This document shows positions 9,326-19,225 of a stretch of 58,425 bases of DNA, in pieces; the first letter of the stretch is position 1; every line of letters starts with the position of its first letter. The stretch comes from an uncultured Candidatus Saccharibacteria bacterium. Its GTDB lineage: Bacteria; Patescibacteriota; Minisyncoccia; Phycocordibacterales; Phycocordibacteraceae. The stretch spans positions 6,463-64,887 of the forward strand of contig CAYSUL010000002.1 in NCBI GenBank assembly GCA_964434255.1. Reading direction: 5' to 3'. The notes under the pieces were generated by a model that was not told where the DNA came from, made no database searches, and saw only the letters and a program-made list of their open reading frames with translations. The position numbers were made by a program, and so were the translations under genes.

Positions 9326-9906
9326 GACTTTGACTCCTTATTCCTCAGATACGTGAGGCCTTCGGCATACGATGCGACGTCTCCCTGCAGGCCATACGTC
9401 TCGATGCGTTCGAGTTCAGGCCCAAACAGCTCAATACGCTTCCCCCACGGTTCATTCGCGTGCCATGGAAGATCCCGCACAGGCGCAGGCTGGAGAATAA
9501 GTTCGAGGCCGGCATCCTGCATGGCCTTGAGAAAGGTCAGGAATGCGCGGTACATATGGTGCGGCGATGTAACGATGAGCAGACTTTTCCATCCCCGCTC
9601 CTTCGCGAGTTCAATGACACGCACCGCTTCGGCGCGCGTATGCTGAGCGGTCTCTTCAAAGATGATTGCTTCTGCTGGTACGCCCGCTGCGAGCAATTGT
9701 TCACGGAGTCCACTACCCGGATAGCTGCCGTATTGCGTACGGGTATCCCCGCCCACGAGTACGACGGAAGACGCCTGTCCATGCGCATAGAGCTCAGCGG
9801 CATACGCGACGCGATTATTGCCATCGCCCTGCAGGAGCACTATCACATCGCCTCCTACGAGCGGCTGATGCGCGAGTTCGACGAGAAAGGCTTCCCGTTC
9901 GGTCAT
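9322..9906 (-). CDS. DUF218/YdcF(ElyC)-like protein
   Basis: Start chosen at MTEREAF (ATG at 9906), just after the NeuB stop. It has VIVLLQGDGNNR..VLVGGD..T..EA..V and LLIVTSPHHMYRA, typical of DUF218. Confidence 0.65.
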   Translation of the reverse strand: MTEREAFLVELAHQPLVGGDVIVLLQGDGNNRVAYAAELYAHGQASSVVLVGGDTRTQYGSYPGSGLREQLLAAGVPAEAIIFEETAQHTRAEAVRVIELAKERGWKSLLIVTSPHHMYRAFLTFLKAMQDAGLELILQPAPVRDLPWHANEPWGKRIELFGPELERIETYGLQGDVASYAEGLTYLRNKESKS

Positions 9907-9910
9907 ATGG

Positions 9911-10984
9911 TTAGCCGAGATCCTCCCAGCGGATAGGCTGACCCTGCTTGAGTGCTTTCGCAAGCTGCTTCCCGATGATGACACCCCTATATTTCGGATA
10001 GATGCCAAGTGCAGGGCGGAGCACGTCGATATCCTGCTCCGTAAGTACCGCGCCCACCTCGAGATCGCGCGTAACGACGAGACCGCGTCGTTGCACTATA
10101 ACGGTCTCCGATTCCTCTTCGACCACCTCCTTACGACCAGTGCCCATCGCCGCCTCGAGATTGCGCGTACGCTCGATCATCTTGCCGAACTCTTCGAAGG
10201 TCATCGAATGAGGGTGGTCCGGCCCCGCATTACCACGATCGAAGGTGATGTGCTTCTCGATAACACGAGCACCGAGCGCAACCGCACCGAGCGGCACCAC
10301 ATCATCGGGCGTGTGGTCGGAGTATCCGAGAATAGCGCCGAACGCGTTTCGATAGGTATTGAGCACATTCAGGTTCGCGCTCTCGAATTTCGAAGGATAG
10401 TTCGTTATGCACTGCATGAGCACCAGATCCTTGTTCCCGGTCTTCTCTATGATGCTGACCGCCTCATCGACTTCAGCCAAGGTGGCGGCACCCGTCGCGA
10501 GCATGATGGGTTTCCCTTTGCGGGCGATGTATTCGATCATTTCAAGCCACGTGATATCACCCGAACCGATCTTGAAGAATTCAATACCGAGGCTATCGAC
10601 GAGATCGACAGCAGCGTAATCATACGCGGCGGTCGATGGAGTGATGCCTATCTCGCGGCAATAGTCGAAGAACTCTTTGTGCCATTCGTGCGGGAATTCC
10701 ACTTCAGCGAACACTTCATCCACTGGACGATTCCAACTTCCGTGCACACCCTTCAGTTTCATAGATGCAAACGCCTCTCTCGAGACTATCTTGTTTGCCT
10801 TGAAGGTCTGTATCTTGGCGCAGTCCGCGCCGATCTCTTTCGCCTTTCGTGCGTATTCCTTAGCCGTCTCGAGACTACCGTCGAAATTTGCACCAATCTC
10901 GGCGATGAAATAGGTTGGCTGCCCTTCGCCTATTACGCGTTTCCCGATCGTGCATTGTTTTGAAAATTCGATCATATCATTCAT
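9911..10984 (-). CDS. NeuB-family nonulosonic acid synthase (PseI/LegI/NeuB type) with a C-terminal SAF domain
   Basis: It has YFIAEIGANFDGSLETAKEYARKAKEIGADCAKIQTF, GYSDHT, and a SAF-like tail (VVTRDLEVGAVLTEQDIDVLRP). Start set at MNDMIEF (10984), an 8-nt overlap with the upstream stop. Confidence 0.9.
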   Translation of the reverse strand: MNDMIEFSKQCTIGKRVIGEGQPTYFIAEIGANFDGSLETAKEYARKAKEIGADCAKIQTFKANKIVSREAFASMKLKGVHGSWNRPVDEVFAEVEFPHEWHKEFFDYCREIGITPSTAAYDYAAVDLVDSLGIEFFKIGSGDITWLEMIEYIARKGKPIMLATGAATLAEVDEAVSIIEKTGNKDLVLMQCITNYPSKFESANLNVLNTYRNAFGAILGYSDHTPDDVVPLGAVALGARVIEKHITFDRGNAGPDHPHSMTFEEFGKMIERTRNLEAAMGTGRKEVVEEESETVIVQRRGLVVTRDLEVGAVLTEQDIDVLRPALGIYPKYRGVIIGKQLAKALKQGQPIRWEDLG

Positions 10985-11696
10985 GGTACCTCGTAACGTC
11001 ATCTGCTTCGAGTGGGTGGTACCCGCCGCCCTGCTCACGTTCTTCTATCGCATGCGCACCCATGCCCGCGACCCGTCCGAGAACGAAGAGTGCCTCTGCC
11101 GCGTCCGACGGCATGGAGAGCGCGAGCACCGCTGCCGCACACGCCCCATCGATATTGAGCGGTAGCTTCTTGCCTGCAACGGCCGCGAGCGCGGCTTCGA
11201 TAGCGTATGCCTTCTCGAAGGAGGCCATCGGTACCGCAGCTGCGAGCGCCTTCTCATGGATGGCGCGCGCACGCGGATCCTCATCCTTATATATACGATG
11301 ACCGAAACCAGGAACACGTCTTTTGCGTTCAATGAATTCCTTCACCAGGGCCTCCGGTTCTTCCGGGCGCGCGAGGAGCTCCGCGGCGGCACGTCCCGCC
11401 CCCCCATGCGCATCACCTATCGCAAGGACACCGGCGGCCATGCCGACATGCACGGGATTACCTGCCGATACCGACACGCGCGGCACGTACAAGGAGGGAA
11501 CCTCTATGCCGTGCTCGCTCGATGCCACGAGCACCGCATCGAGGAGCGAACGTTCGCCATCCGTGGGAAGCCGCTTAGCGTAGAGCAGGAATACCGCCTC
11601 GGTGAATGTATGGGCTGCAAGGAGCGAAGACATCGATTGATTGTAGATGTAGTGTTCCCCTCCTTGAGAGTCGCTTATGGCAGTTGTGAATTTCAT
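10977..11696 (-). CDS. Short citrate-synthase-fold protein (citryl-CoA lyase-like)
   Basis: 239 aa with the citrate synthase signature VPGFGHRIYKDEDPRA and the downstream LNIDG region. It is far shorter than GltA and similar in size to Ccl-type proteins. Confidence 0.7.
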   Translation of the reverse strand: MKFTTAISDSQGGEHYIYNQSMSSLLAAHTFTEAVFLLYAKRLPTDGERSLLDAVLVASSEHGIEVPSLYVPRVSVSAGNPVHVGMAAGVLAIGDAHGGAGRAAAELLARPEEPEALVKEFIERKRRVPGFGHRIYKDEDPRARAIHEKALAAAVPMASFEKAYAIEAALAAVAGKKLPLNIDGACAAAVLALSMPSDAAEALFVLGRVAGMGAHAIEEREQGGGYHPLEADDVTRYHE

Positions 11697-11703
11697 ATTG
11701 TAA

Positions 11704-12603
11704 TTACAGCACGGTTTTAAGAAGAACCGGAATGTCCTCAGGCGTACGTGCGATGAGCGCGCCAGCCGCTTGAAGCATGGATATCTTTGCGGAGGCTGCG
11801 CCGCGCCCGCCTTCGATGATGGCGCCGGCGTGCCCGAGCGGCGTCTCGCCCGGGAGAGTTTCGGCGAACACGCCAGCGATGAGGGCGACTACCGGCTTCG
11901 TGAGCGTGCCTGAAGCCAGTGCTCCGGCAAGCCGTTCTTCGTATACGCCGCCCACCTCACCGAATATAACCAGCGCCCGGGTCTCGAGGTCGCGCTCGAA
12001 TAATAGGGCGATATCGAGGAAATCAGAACCGATGAGTGGATCGCCGCCGATACCGACCGCAGTAGTCTGACCGATCCCCTGCTCGCTTAGGATGCGCGAT
12101 ATCTCGGCAGTCATGCCGCCGCTCTTGGAGATAACCCCCACCGGCCCAGGCGTGAAGACACGGTGCGCGGTACCGCCCGAGCCGATACTACCGATCTTCG
12201 CTTTTCCAGGCGATATGATGCCTACGGACGACGGGCCGACAATGCGCACACCGGCTTCGCGAGCGCGCGCGATGATATAGGCGACATCGTAGAGCGGTAC
12301 CTGTTCGCTGAGAATATTGATAAGCCCGATGCCACTATCGATCGCTTCCTCGACAGCGCTCCGGACGAACGACCCCGGAACAACAATGAGCGTCGCCTCT
12401 ATGCGAGGGTGCGCCGCATGCGCCTCTCGCACCGATTCGTATACCGGCTGCCCACTCGCGATCATCCGTCCGCCCTTGCCGGGTGCGACCCCCGCAACGA
12501 CCTTGGTGCCGTACTCGAGCATTGCCGCCGCCGCACGCGACCCTTCCTTGCCGGTGATGCCCTGCACCAGCACTTCAGTGTCAGTATCAATGAGTATCGA
12601 CAT
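11704..12603 (-). CDS. Succinyl-CoA synthetase alpha-like subunit (CoA-binding, phosphohistidine loop)
   Basis: 299 aa. It has VLVQGITGKEGS..YGTKVVAGVAPGKGG and the active-site loop PLGHAGAII. Confidence 0.85.
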   Translation of the reverse strand: MSILIDTDTEVLVQGITGKEGSRAAAAMLEYGTKVVAGVAPGKGGRMIASGQPVYESVREAHAAHPRIEATLIVVPGSFVRSAVEEAIDSGIGLINILSEQVPLYDVAYIIARAREAGVRIVGPSSVGIISPGKAKIGSIGSGGTAHRVFTPGPVGVISKSGGMTAEISRILSEQGIGQTTAVGIGGDPLIGSDFLDIALLFERDLETRALVIFGEVGGVYEERLAGALASGTLTKPVVALIAGVFAETLPGETPLGHAGAIIEGGRGAASAKISMLQAAGALIARTPEDIPVLLKTVL

Positions 12604-13663
12604 GGTGATTCATTCGTTCGAGCAATGTTTCTGCGGACGCGGCCATCGAGCACTCGGGGCCGAACACGGTGATGGCGTATCCTTCCGTGCGTGCCGCTTC
12701 TTCCAGCAATTCCCGCGCTTCCGCCTGACGAGGTCCATCGCGCCTCACGACAATGGGATAACTAGGCTTGGGGGTAACGCGGCGCAACCCATCGAGGAAT
12801 CCCTTCATAGTCTCGTAAGTGTCGGTGAAATTCGCCGTGCCACCAACGACCCAGACGCCGCGGATCCCTGGCACCGAAAGCACGCGCACCGTTAGTTCTT
12901 CAACTACTGAAGCTGGTGGATTCCCGGAGTATTCAACGTAGTTAGCGGGCTTCCCGCCCGCGCTCATCAGGAGGTCGATAGTGAGCATGGATGCACCACC
13001 ACCCGAAGCGATGACGGCAATATCACCACCAAGCCTAAGAAACGGACGTTCGCCGTCTTTCGTGACAGCGGAATCGGTGACTATCTTCGCATCGCCCGCG
13101 ACCACACTCCCATCATCAAGCACGAATAACGGATTGACTTCGAGCAACGCGAGTTTCTGCGCTACGAACACGTCCCAAAGAGTGGTGAGTGCGTTCGTAA
13201 GGGCTTCGGTCGGTTCGATACCGGCAGCGAGGAGCGCTCGTTGTGCGAGCGCGGTATCGAGCCCGATAAGGATGGGCACCGGCGTGATTGTGGCCGATGC
13301 AACACCAGTGCCACCCTCAGCCGCAAGCGCGAGCACCGGCCCGCGCGCGTCGCCATCGTATGAAAAGCTTACGTAGCATTCACGTCTATAGTCTATAAGT
13401 TCTTCGGCGAGGAGATACTCCGGCAGATACCCATCGAGCTCGGTAGCGAGTAGCTGGCGTGCGCCAGCCGTAAAGGCAGCACTGTCTTCCACCACAAGGA
13501 TGCCACCCTTGCGTTTCCTATCGCCGACAGGTACCTGGGATTTGAGAACGAGCGGAAACGAGAGGACGAGGTCTGTCTGATCCGATCGCACTATCGCATA
13601 TTCTGGCGTGCGTATCCCTGCGGCGCGGAGCAGTTCCTTTCCCTCATGCTCAAGCAACCTCAT
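12587..13663 (-). CDS. Succinyl-CoA synthetase beta-like ATP-grasp subunit
   Basis: 358 aa. It has MRLLEHEGKELL, LLEVNPL and IAVIASGGGASMLTIDLLMSAGGKPANYVEYSGNP, colinear with SucC. Confidence 0.8.
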   Translation of the reverse strand: MRLLEHEGKELLRAAGIRTPEYAIVRSDQTDLVLSFPLVLKSQVPVGDRKRKGGILVVEDSAAFTAGARQLLATELDGYLPEYLLAEELIDYRRECYVSFSYDGDARGPVLALAAEGGTGVASATITPVPILIGLDTALAQRALLAAGIEPTEALTNALTTLWDVFVAQKLALLEVNPLFVLDDGSVVAGDAKIVTDSAVTKDGERPFLRLGGDIAVIASGGGASMLTIDLLMSAGGKPANYVEYSGNPPASVVEELTVRVLSVPGIRGVWVVGGTANFTDTYETMKGFLDGLRRVTPKPSYPIVVRRDGPRQAEARELLEEAARTEGYAITVFGPECSMAASAETLLERMNHHVDTH

Positions 13664-13672
13664 AGAAACTCG

Positions 13673-14677
13673 TTATGCCGCCCCCCGTATGCCATCGACA
13701 ATGCGAAGAAGCTCTTCTTTCGACATCTCCCCTTCCGTGCCGTGGCTTTCGAACGAGTAATCAGGAGGAAGCGGCGTGCCTTTTTCGGAATACTTCTTGA
13801 GACGCTCCGTCGTGGCCTCACTCGCATGCTCAGGAAGCACGACGAAATAATTCTCGAAGAATACGGAGTGCCGCGCCTCTTCTTTAGTAAGCAGAATCTC
13901 GTGAAGCTTCTCGCCGGGTCGAATACCGATGATGGTGCGCTTCGCCCCGGGCACGACGATGTCGAAGAGGTCCGTCAGCTTCATGGTCGACGCCTTCGGG
14001 ATGAAGATCTCGCCTCCTTCCATATGCTGAAGCGCGAAGAGCACGATCGAGAAGGCTTGCTCGAGGTCGATCCAAAAACGCGTCATACGCTCGTCCGTAA
14101 TGGTCACCGTATGCGTGTCCTTGGTCTTGATGAGCTTCTCGATAATGGAGCCGCGACTACCGACGACATTGCCGTACCGGACCGCGCTGAAGTGCGTCTT
14201 TCCATCAGAGTACGCGTTGCCCGCGATGAAAAGCTTCTCCGCACATAGCTTCGTCGATCCGTAAAGATTCACAGGCATTGCTGCCTTATCGGTCGAGACC
14301 AGCACCACCTTTTCGACTCCTTGATCGAGCGCTGCCTCGATAACATTCTGACTACCGATGATGTTGGTCTTCACTGCCTCGAACGGATTGAACTCAAGTG
14401 CCGGAACCTGCTTGAGTGCGGCGGCATGTATGACGATATCAACGCCATCAAAGGCTCGCTGGAGTCGAGGGAGATCGCGGACATCACCCAAGAAGAAGCG
14501 GAGGCGATCGTCGGCGATCTCCGCCTGGATTTCAGATTGCTTGAGCTCATCGCGAGAGAAGATGATGAGCTTCTTGAGCGTGGAATTGGCCAGGATATGC
14601 TTGGCGAAGTTCTTGCCGAACGAGCCGGTCCCGCCGGTGATGAGCACGGTCTTGCCTGTGAGCGAGTCGAATTGCAT
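13673..14677 (-). CDS. UDP-GlcNAc 4,6-dehydratase (PseB/FlaA1/CapD type)
   Basis: 334 aa. It has VLITGGTGSFGKNF, IFSRDELKQ, VIHAAALKQVP and NLYGSTKLCAEKLF. Confidence 0.85.
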   Translation of the reverse strand: MQFDSLTGKTVLITGGTGSFGKNFAKHILANSTLKKLIIFSRDELKQSEIQAEIADDRLRFFLGDVRDLPRLQRAFDGVDIVIHAAALKQVPALEFNPFEAVKTNIIGSQNVIEAALDQGVEKVVLVSTDKAAMPVNLYGSTKLCAEKLFIAGNAYSDGKTHFSAVRYGNVVGSRGSIIEKLIKTKDTHTVTITDERMTRFWIDLEQAFSIVLFALQHMEGGEIFIPKASTMKLTDLFDIVVPGAKRTIIGIRPGEKLHEILLTKEEARHSVFFENYFVVLPEHASEATTERLKKYSEKGTPLPPDYSFESHGTEGEMSKEELLRIVDGIRGAA

Positions 14678-14695
14678 AGGGCGGATTGTACGATT

Positions 14696-15592
14696 TTACG
14701 GCGTTGTAATCAAACGGATGGCGCCCCCCATAGTCTTCGGGCGGAGCAGGGCCTTTTGAGGAAGGAACGGTGTTGCTCCTTTGCGGGGCAGTACGATGGT
14801 CTTTTTCCTGGCCAGAAGCGCTGCCACAAGCGCCACGGTCTCGACTCCTACAACCAGCCGCGCCTCGGCAAGGTCGCATGCGATATCTGGCTCGGAGGAT
14901 TTCTCGATAGCGAATTTGGAACGATGCTTTCGTATCACCGTGTTGTATCGTTTCCGATCGTCTGCCGGATGGAAACGTATTCGTATGCGGTGCGGTCCTT
15001 CCCGCTTCTCGAGCTCAGAGAGAAAATGCTCGAGTATCTGCTCCGCTCCCGGTACGGCATCGCTCACAAAAAGAATGGTGCCTGGTGCGGCGCGCGTCTT
15101 GCGAGCGATCTTCGTGCGCGCGATGATGGCTTTGAAGTATTCGTTTGCGACGAGGCGGACATGGGTGCGCGGGAAGTACTTTCGTGCGAGTACCTCAGCG
15201 TCGCGATCACCCACCCAGATCTCGTCCGGAAGGTTGGACTGCCAGCCCTTCGTCGGATAGCCGAACCGTTCACGGTATCGGTTCCAGGATTCCAGGTACA
15301 CGATGGTCTTTCGCCCATCGTGCTTAGCTGCCCATAGCGCGTCTTTCTCTATGCCTGTCATCCAGCCGGTCGCGGTGAGCAGTCGAGTATTTGGGTATGC
15401 GCGCATCAACCGTGCCATGCCGGCAGGGCTTCTCGGAGCCGATCGATACGCCAGCCCTTCGCGCGCGAAGATATGAGCGGCAGGTCCTGCCGCATATGCA
15501 GCGTATGCATCGGGCGGAAGCTTCGCGCGAAGGTACCCGGCGATTATTTCCGCTCCGCCCGCATCATGCACCACTACCAGCGTTTTCTGCAT
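14696..15592 (-). CDS. Hypothetical Rossmann/GT-B-like protein; possible PseG-like nucleotide-sugar hydrolase (weak call)
   Basis: 298 aa. The C-terminal half resembles a GT-B nucleotide-binding lobe (ARLVVGVETVALVAALLARKKTIVLP). It sits between the PseB-like and DegT genes. The functional call rests mainly on context. Confidence 0.4.
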   Translation of the reverse strand: MQKTLVVVHDAGGAEIIAGYLRAKLPPDAYAAYAAGPAAHIFAREGLAYRSAPRSPAGMARLMRAYPNTRLLTATGWMTGIEKDALWAAKHDGRKTIVYLESWNRYRERFGYPTKGWQSNLPDEIWVGDRDAEVLARKYFPRTHVRLVANEYFKAIIARTKIARKTRAAPGTILFVSDAVPGAEQILEHFLSELEKREGPHRIRIRFHPADDRKRYNTVIRKHRSKFAIEKSSEPDIACDLAEARLVVGVETVALVAALLARKKTIVLPRKGATPFLPQKALLRPKTMGGAIRLITTP

Positions 15593-15595
15593 GTG

Positions 15596-16906
15596 CTAGC
15601 GGAGTTCGTCACGCCGTGCGTACACCTTGTGGAATGCGGTGATGACATCATCGAGATCCTGCTTCGTCATGCCTGGACGCATCAGATCGTGCGACACGAA
15701 CTCTTTCTCATACCAACGCTCGACAACGGGACACATCCCCTTCTCGTAACGGGCGACGCCCGCATAGAATTCAGAGCGGAATGGATACCCCTTGGAGCCG
15801 AATGCTATTTGCTTCTGGAATACCGGCATGAGATAGATGGGCTTCACATAGCCGCCTGATATGAGCGTGCCCTCTTCTTCCTGGAGTTCGTTCGGCGGGA
15901 GTTCAGCCGCTACCGCCTCAACGAAACGAGCACGCGGCACCCCGACTATCTCTTCTTCGTAAAGGAACGATTGCATGTAGTGTACGGACTCGGTGCCTGG
16001 CCGGATATGCGTCGGGCGAAAACCTGGCATGTCTAGCGAGCGTTCGGCGATATACGCGCAATTCTTTTGACGCTCTCGCACAAGGCCATCGAGCTTCTTG
16101 AGCTGCTCGCGGCCTATGGCTGCCTGGAGCTCGGTGAGGCGGTAATTCTGGCCGACCATGTTCACTAGATTCGTCTCTCCCTTGTCCTCGACGACTGCTT
16201 CCGCATGATTACGGATGAGCTGCATGCGCTCCGCGAAGACTGGGTTGTTAGTGACTGCGATGGAGCCCTCGCCAGTATGTATGTGCTTGTGATAGTTGAG
16301 GGAGAAGATACCGATATCCGAAAGTGTTCCGGCCATCCGGCCGCCATACGTCGCACCCGGCGCCTGCGAGCTGTCAGCGATGACGACGAGGCCGTGCTTC
16401 TTTGCGATAGCGTTGATGGCTTCTACGTCATGGACGCCACCAAGCAGATCGACCACAATGATAGCCTTCGTTCGCGGTGTGACGGCAGCTTCAACCGATT
16501 TCGGATCCAGACAGTAGTATTCGGGCTCGATGTCAGCGAACACTGGGACTGCTCCGTAGAAAAGTGGCGCAGTCGCTGAGATGCACATGGAGTACGGACT
16601 CACGATGACCTCATCGCCCGGTTCGATGCCGATAGCACCAAGTGCGGTGATGAGGCCGGAGGTTGCTGAGTTCGTGGAGACCGCGAACTTCACGCCGAAC
16701 CGGTCCGCCCACTCCGCCTCGAAGGCCTTCACCTCGGGGCCACCGAAGAATGCGGAATCCCAGGCGCCAATGAACTTGGAGAGCGCACCGGAATCCATCA
16801 CACGCATCGCTGCTTCCTTCTCCTCCTTCCCTATCGGGTTATAGGCAGGGAAGAGCTTTTCCTTGCTGCGCACCGGTTCGCCTCCATTGATTGCGAGAGT
16901 AGTCAT
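15596..16906 (-). CDS. DegT-family sugar aminotransferase (PLP Lys retained)
   Basis: It has LAINGGEPV, STNSATSGLITAL and FSLNYHKHIHTGEGS. ATG at 16906 is preferred over the GTG at 16939. Confidence 0.85.
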   Translation of the reverse strand: MTTLAINGGEPVRSKEKLFPAYNPIGKEEKEAAMRVMDSGALSKFIGAWDSAFFGGPEVKAFEAEWADRFGVKFAVSTNSATSGLITALGAIGIEPGDEVIVSPYSMCISATAPLFYGAVPVFADIEPEYYCLDPKSVEAAVTPRTKAIIVVDLLGGVHDVEAINAIAKKHGLVVIADSSQAPGATYGGRMAGTLSDIGIFSLNYHKHIHTGEGSIAVTNNPVFAERMQLIRNHAEAVVEDKGETNLVNMVGQNYRLTELQAAIGREQLKKLDGLVRERQKNCAYIAERSLDMPGFRPTHIRPGTESVHYMQSFLYEEEIVGVPRARFVEAVAAELPPNELQEEEGTLISGGYVKPIYLMPVFQKQIAFGSKGYPFRSEFYAGVARYEKGMCPVVERWYEKEFVSHDLMRPGMTKQDLDDVITAFHKVYARRDELR

Positions 16907-16920
16907 ATCGGAATGAGAAG

Positions 16921-17874
16921 TTATAAGAAGGTCCGGCACGCCGCATCGGTTCGAAGCGCATCGGTGAGCGTCGAGCGCGGTTCTTCATTGCCGTCGAGCA
17001 CGCGAACCGAATGCTCCATCAATCGCTCCATGGAATGGACCAATCCCGTCGGTTCCGTACGAGCGGGCCCAAGGATACGGAAACCGGCATAGAGTGGGTC
17101 AGGGATGACCTCCTCCGTTGCAAGCATCATACCTTCGTCAAGGAACCGAAACCTCCGTTTCTCGGTCCGAATCTCAAGCTCGAAGATAGAATACGCGCGC
17201 TCATCCCCTCCCATAAGAGAGAACTGTGGACACCGTTCGAAGGAAGCGAAACCGCTGACGGTCGGCTCGCCCTCCCAGTCCGCGAGCCTAGAAAGCGGGA
17301 CGCTCGTTACGAGCTCTCCGAACAGTAGCCGGGCAAGATCCAGCATATGCGAGCCCGTATGCAGGATGCCTTTCGAGTAGAGCGCGCCCGCGGACAGCAC
17401 CGAGCCATGCTTCCCCTCTCGTAGCTCTTCCGCAAGACGCACGACGGTGTCATCGAAGCGCCGGCGGAAATTAACGATAACGGGGATACCGCTCGCGCGA
17501 ACCGCCTCCTCAACGCGTGCCGCATCAGCCAGATCGATAATCGCAGGCTTCTCGAGGATGACAAGCCTCGGTCGATGCGAGAGCGCTTGGATGAGGATAT
17601 CCGCATGTGTTGCATCGGGCGTGGCTATCACGAGGATATCAGGTGAGACTTCTGACAGAAGCTGTTCGGCCGCTGGCACAAATTCCGTTCCCCACTTACG
17701 GGCTTCTTCTACACCCTTCGTCGCATCGATGTCGGTAAGCGCGACGAGCGTGAGACGCGAATGTCGCGTAACAGCATGCGCATGCGTGAGCACCTGCCTG
17801 GAATCAGGTGTATCGAACCCAGAAGCGATGCGCCCCGCTCCGAGTATTCCGACAGTGTATGAAATGTCAGTCAT
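16921..17874 (-). CDS. Gfo/Idh/MocA-family NAD(P)-dependent sugar oxidoreductase
   Basis: It has VGILGAGRIASG and LVILEKP. Three in-frame ATGs (17898, 17886, 17874) are possible starts. 17874 places the Rossmann motif near the N-terminus. Confidence 0.8.
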   Translation of the reverse strand: MTDISYTVGILGAGRIASGFDTPDSRQVLTHAHAVTRHSRLTLVALTDIDATKGVEEARKWGTEFVPAAEQLLSEVSPDILVIATPDATHADILIQALSHRPRLVILEKPAIIDLADAARVEEAVRASGIPVIVNFRRRFDDTVVRLAEELREGKHGSVLSAGALYSKGILHTGSHMLDLARLLFGELVTSVPLSRLADWEGEPTVSGFASFERCPQFSLMGGDERAYSIFELEIRTEKRRFRFLDEGMMLATEEVIPDPLYAGFRILGPARTEPTGLVHSMERLMEHSVRVLDGNEEPRSTLTDALRTDAACRTFL

Positions 17875-19225
17875 GGGAAAGTGCATATCCTGCGGCATTC
17901 GGGATCATTCCAAGCGCTCGGAGAAACTCAATGAAATCGAACAGAAGATAATCATTGTATTTGCGTGCCGCTACCTGGAACCCGAACGGGAGACCGCTCG
18001 GAGCGGTGAATTGCGGCACGCTCACCACGGGCAAATGCGCGAGCGTCCACATGAGCGACGGATCGGGAAGCTCCGGTACATCACGGAGCGGGGCCTCTCC
18101 GGCGGTAGAAAGCGAGATGATGACATCGTATGCATCGAACATGTCGTCAACTGCATAGATGAGTTCATTTTGTTCCTCGACGGCTTTCGCATAGTCAGCA
18201 AGTAGAATACGTTTCCCGCTCTCGATAAGCTCGTTCATAACCGGTGATACGAACTCGGCCTGCTGATGCTCGTCCTTGAAGTAGTACGAAAGTGCCTTGT
18301 TATAGATAGTTTCGTGGATCTGGTGTGCGTGCATGCTTCCAGGCGGAAGCGTGGCATCAACAACATCCACCTCCGCGATGCCCGCGAGCTGCTCTATGAA
18401 TTGAGAGAGCGCCTGCTGCGCGTATTTCGGCGCCTGTTCCCAGGTATGAGTACGTGCGAACCCGACGCGCCAGGGGCGCCCCGTTCGCTTTGTCTGGCGC
18501 ACACTATCGCGAAGCGCTTCCGTACTTATCGGATAGTCGAGCCCATCCACTCGCATAGCATCGAAACCACGAGTGAGATCCTCGGCATGCGCAACGAAGA
18601 AGCCGAGTGTATCGAGACTATCCGTCGTCTTGAGCGTACCCGTACGCGGAATGGTGCCAAATGATGGCTTGCATCCATACACGCCACAGAAGCTCGCCGG
18701 GCGCACGATTGAACCTGCCGTCTGAGAGCCGGTTGCAATCGGTACCATACCGAGCGATACCGCGACCGCGGACCCACTCGATGACGTACCGGGAGTGCGG
18801 CTCGTGTCCCATGGATTCTGTGTCGAATTGAGCGCATGGACAGCGAACTCCGCGGTAACGGTCTTCCCTACGACGATCGCGCCCTGACGCTTGAGATTGA
18901 AGACGGCACGCGCATCGTTCCCGGGCGTGAAGTCCTTCCAAAGCGGGCTTCCCATCTGCGTGGGAAAATCGAGCGTGTTGTATATATCCTTCACGCCAAC
19001 CGGCATGTAGCGAAGCAGGTCTTCACGGGTGCGTTCGTTGTCGGCGCCTAGACTCAAGCGCTTCGCGTGCGCAGCATCTGCTACATGCTCCCAGGCTCGA
19101 AACGTATCCTGGGATGGCTGTATGGCATCGATTGATTCCGCAAGAATGCTTTCAGCAGTGCGCTTGCCGTCTTCCACGTCATCGATGAGTGACCCTATGG
19201 ACCGCGTTAGGAAAAGCGAGCTCAT
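17867..19225 (-). CDS. Amidase-signature (GatA-like) family amidase
   Basis: 452 aa. It has GVKDIYN (Lys), the AS stretch [38 protein letters not shown]-type, and an ATGA overlap with the upstream amidotransferase at 19222-19225. Confidence 0.85.
   Translation of the reverse strand: [452 protein letters not shown]

Noticed and set aside
10091-10963. 290-aa plus-strand ORF
   Set aside because: It is antisense to the NeuB-family gene and has no motifs.
14321-15337. 338-aa plus-strand ORF
   Set aside because: It is antisense to the PseB-like and downstream genes, with biased Arg/Leu composition.
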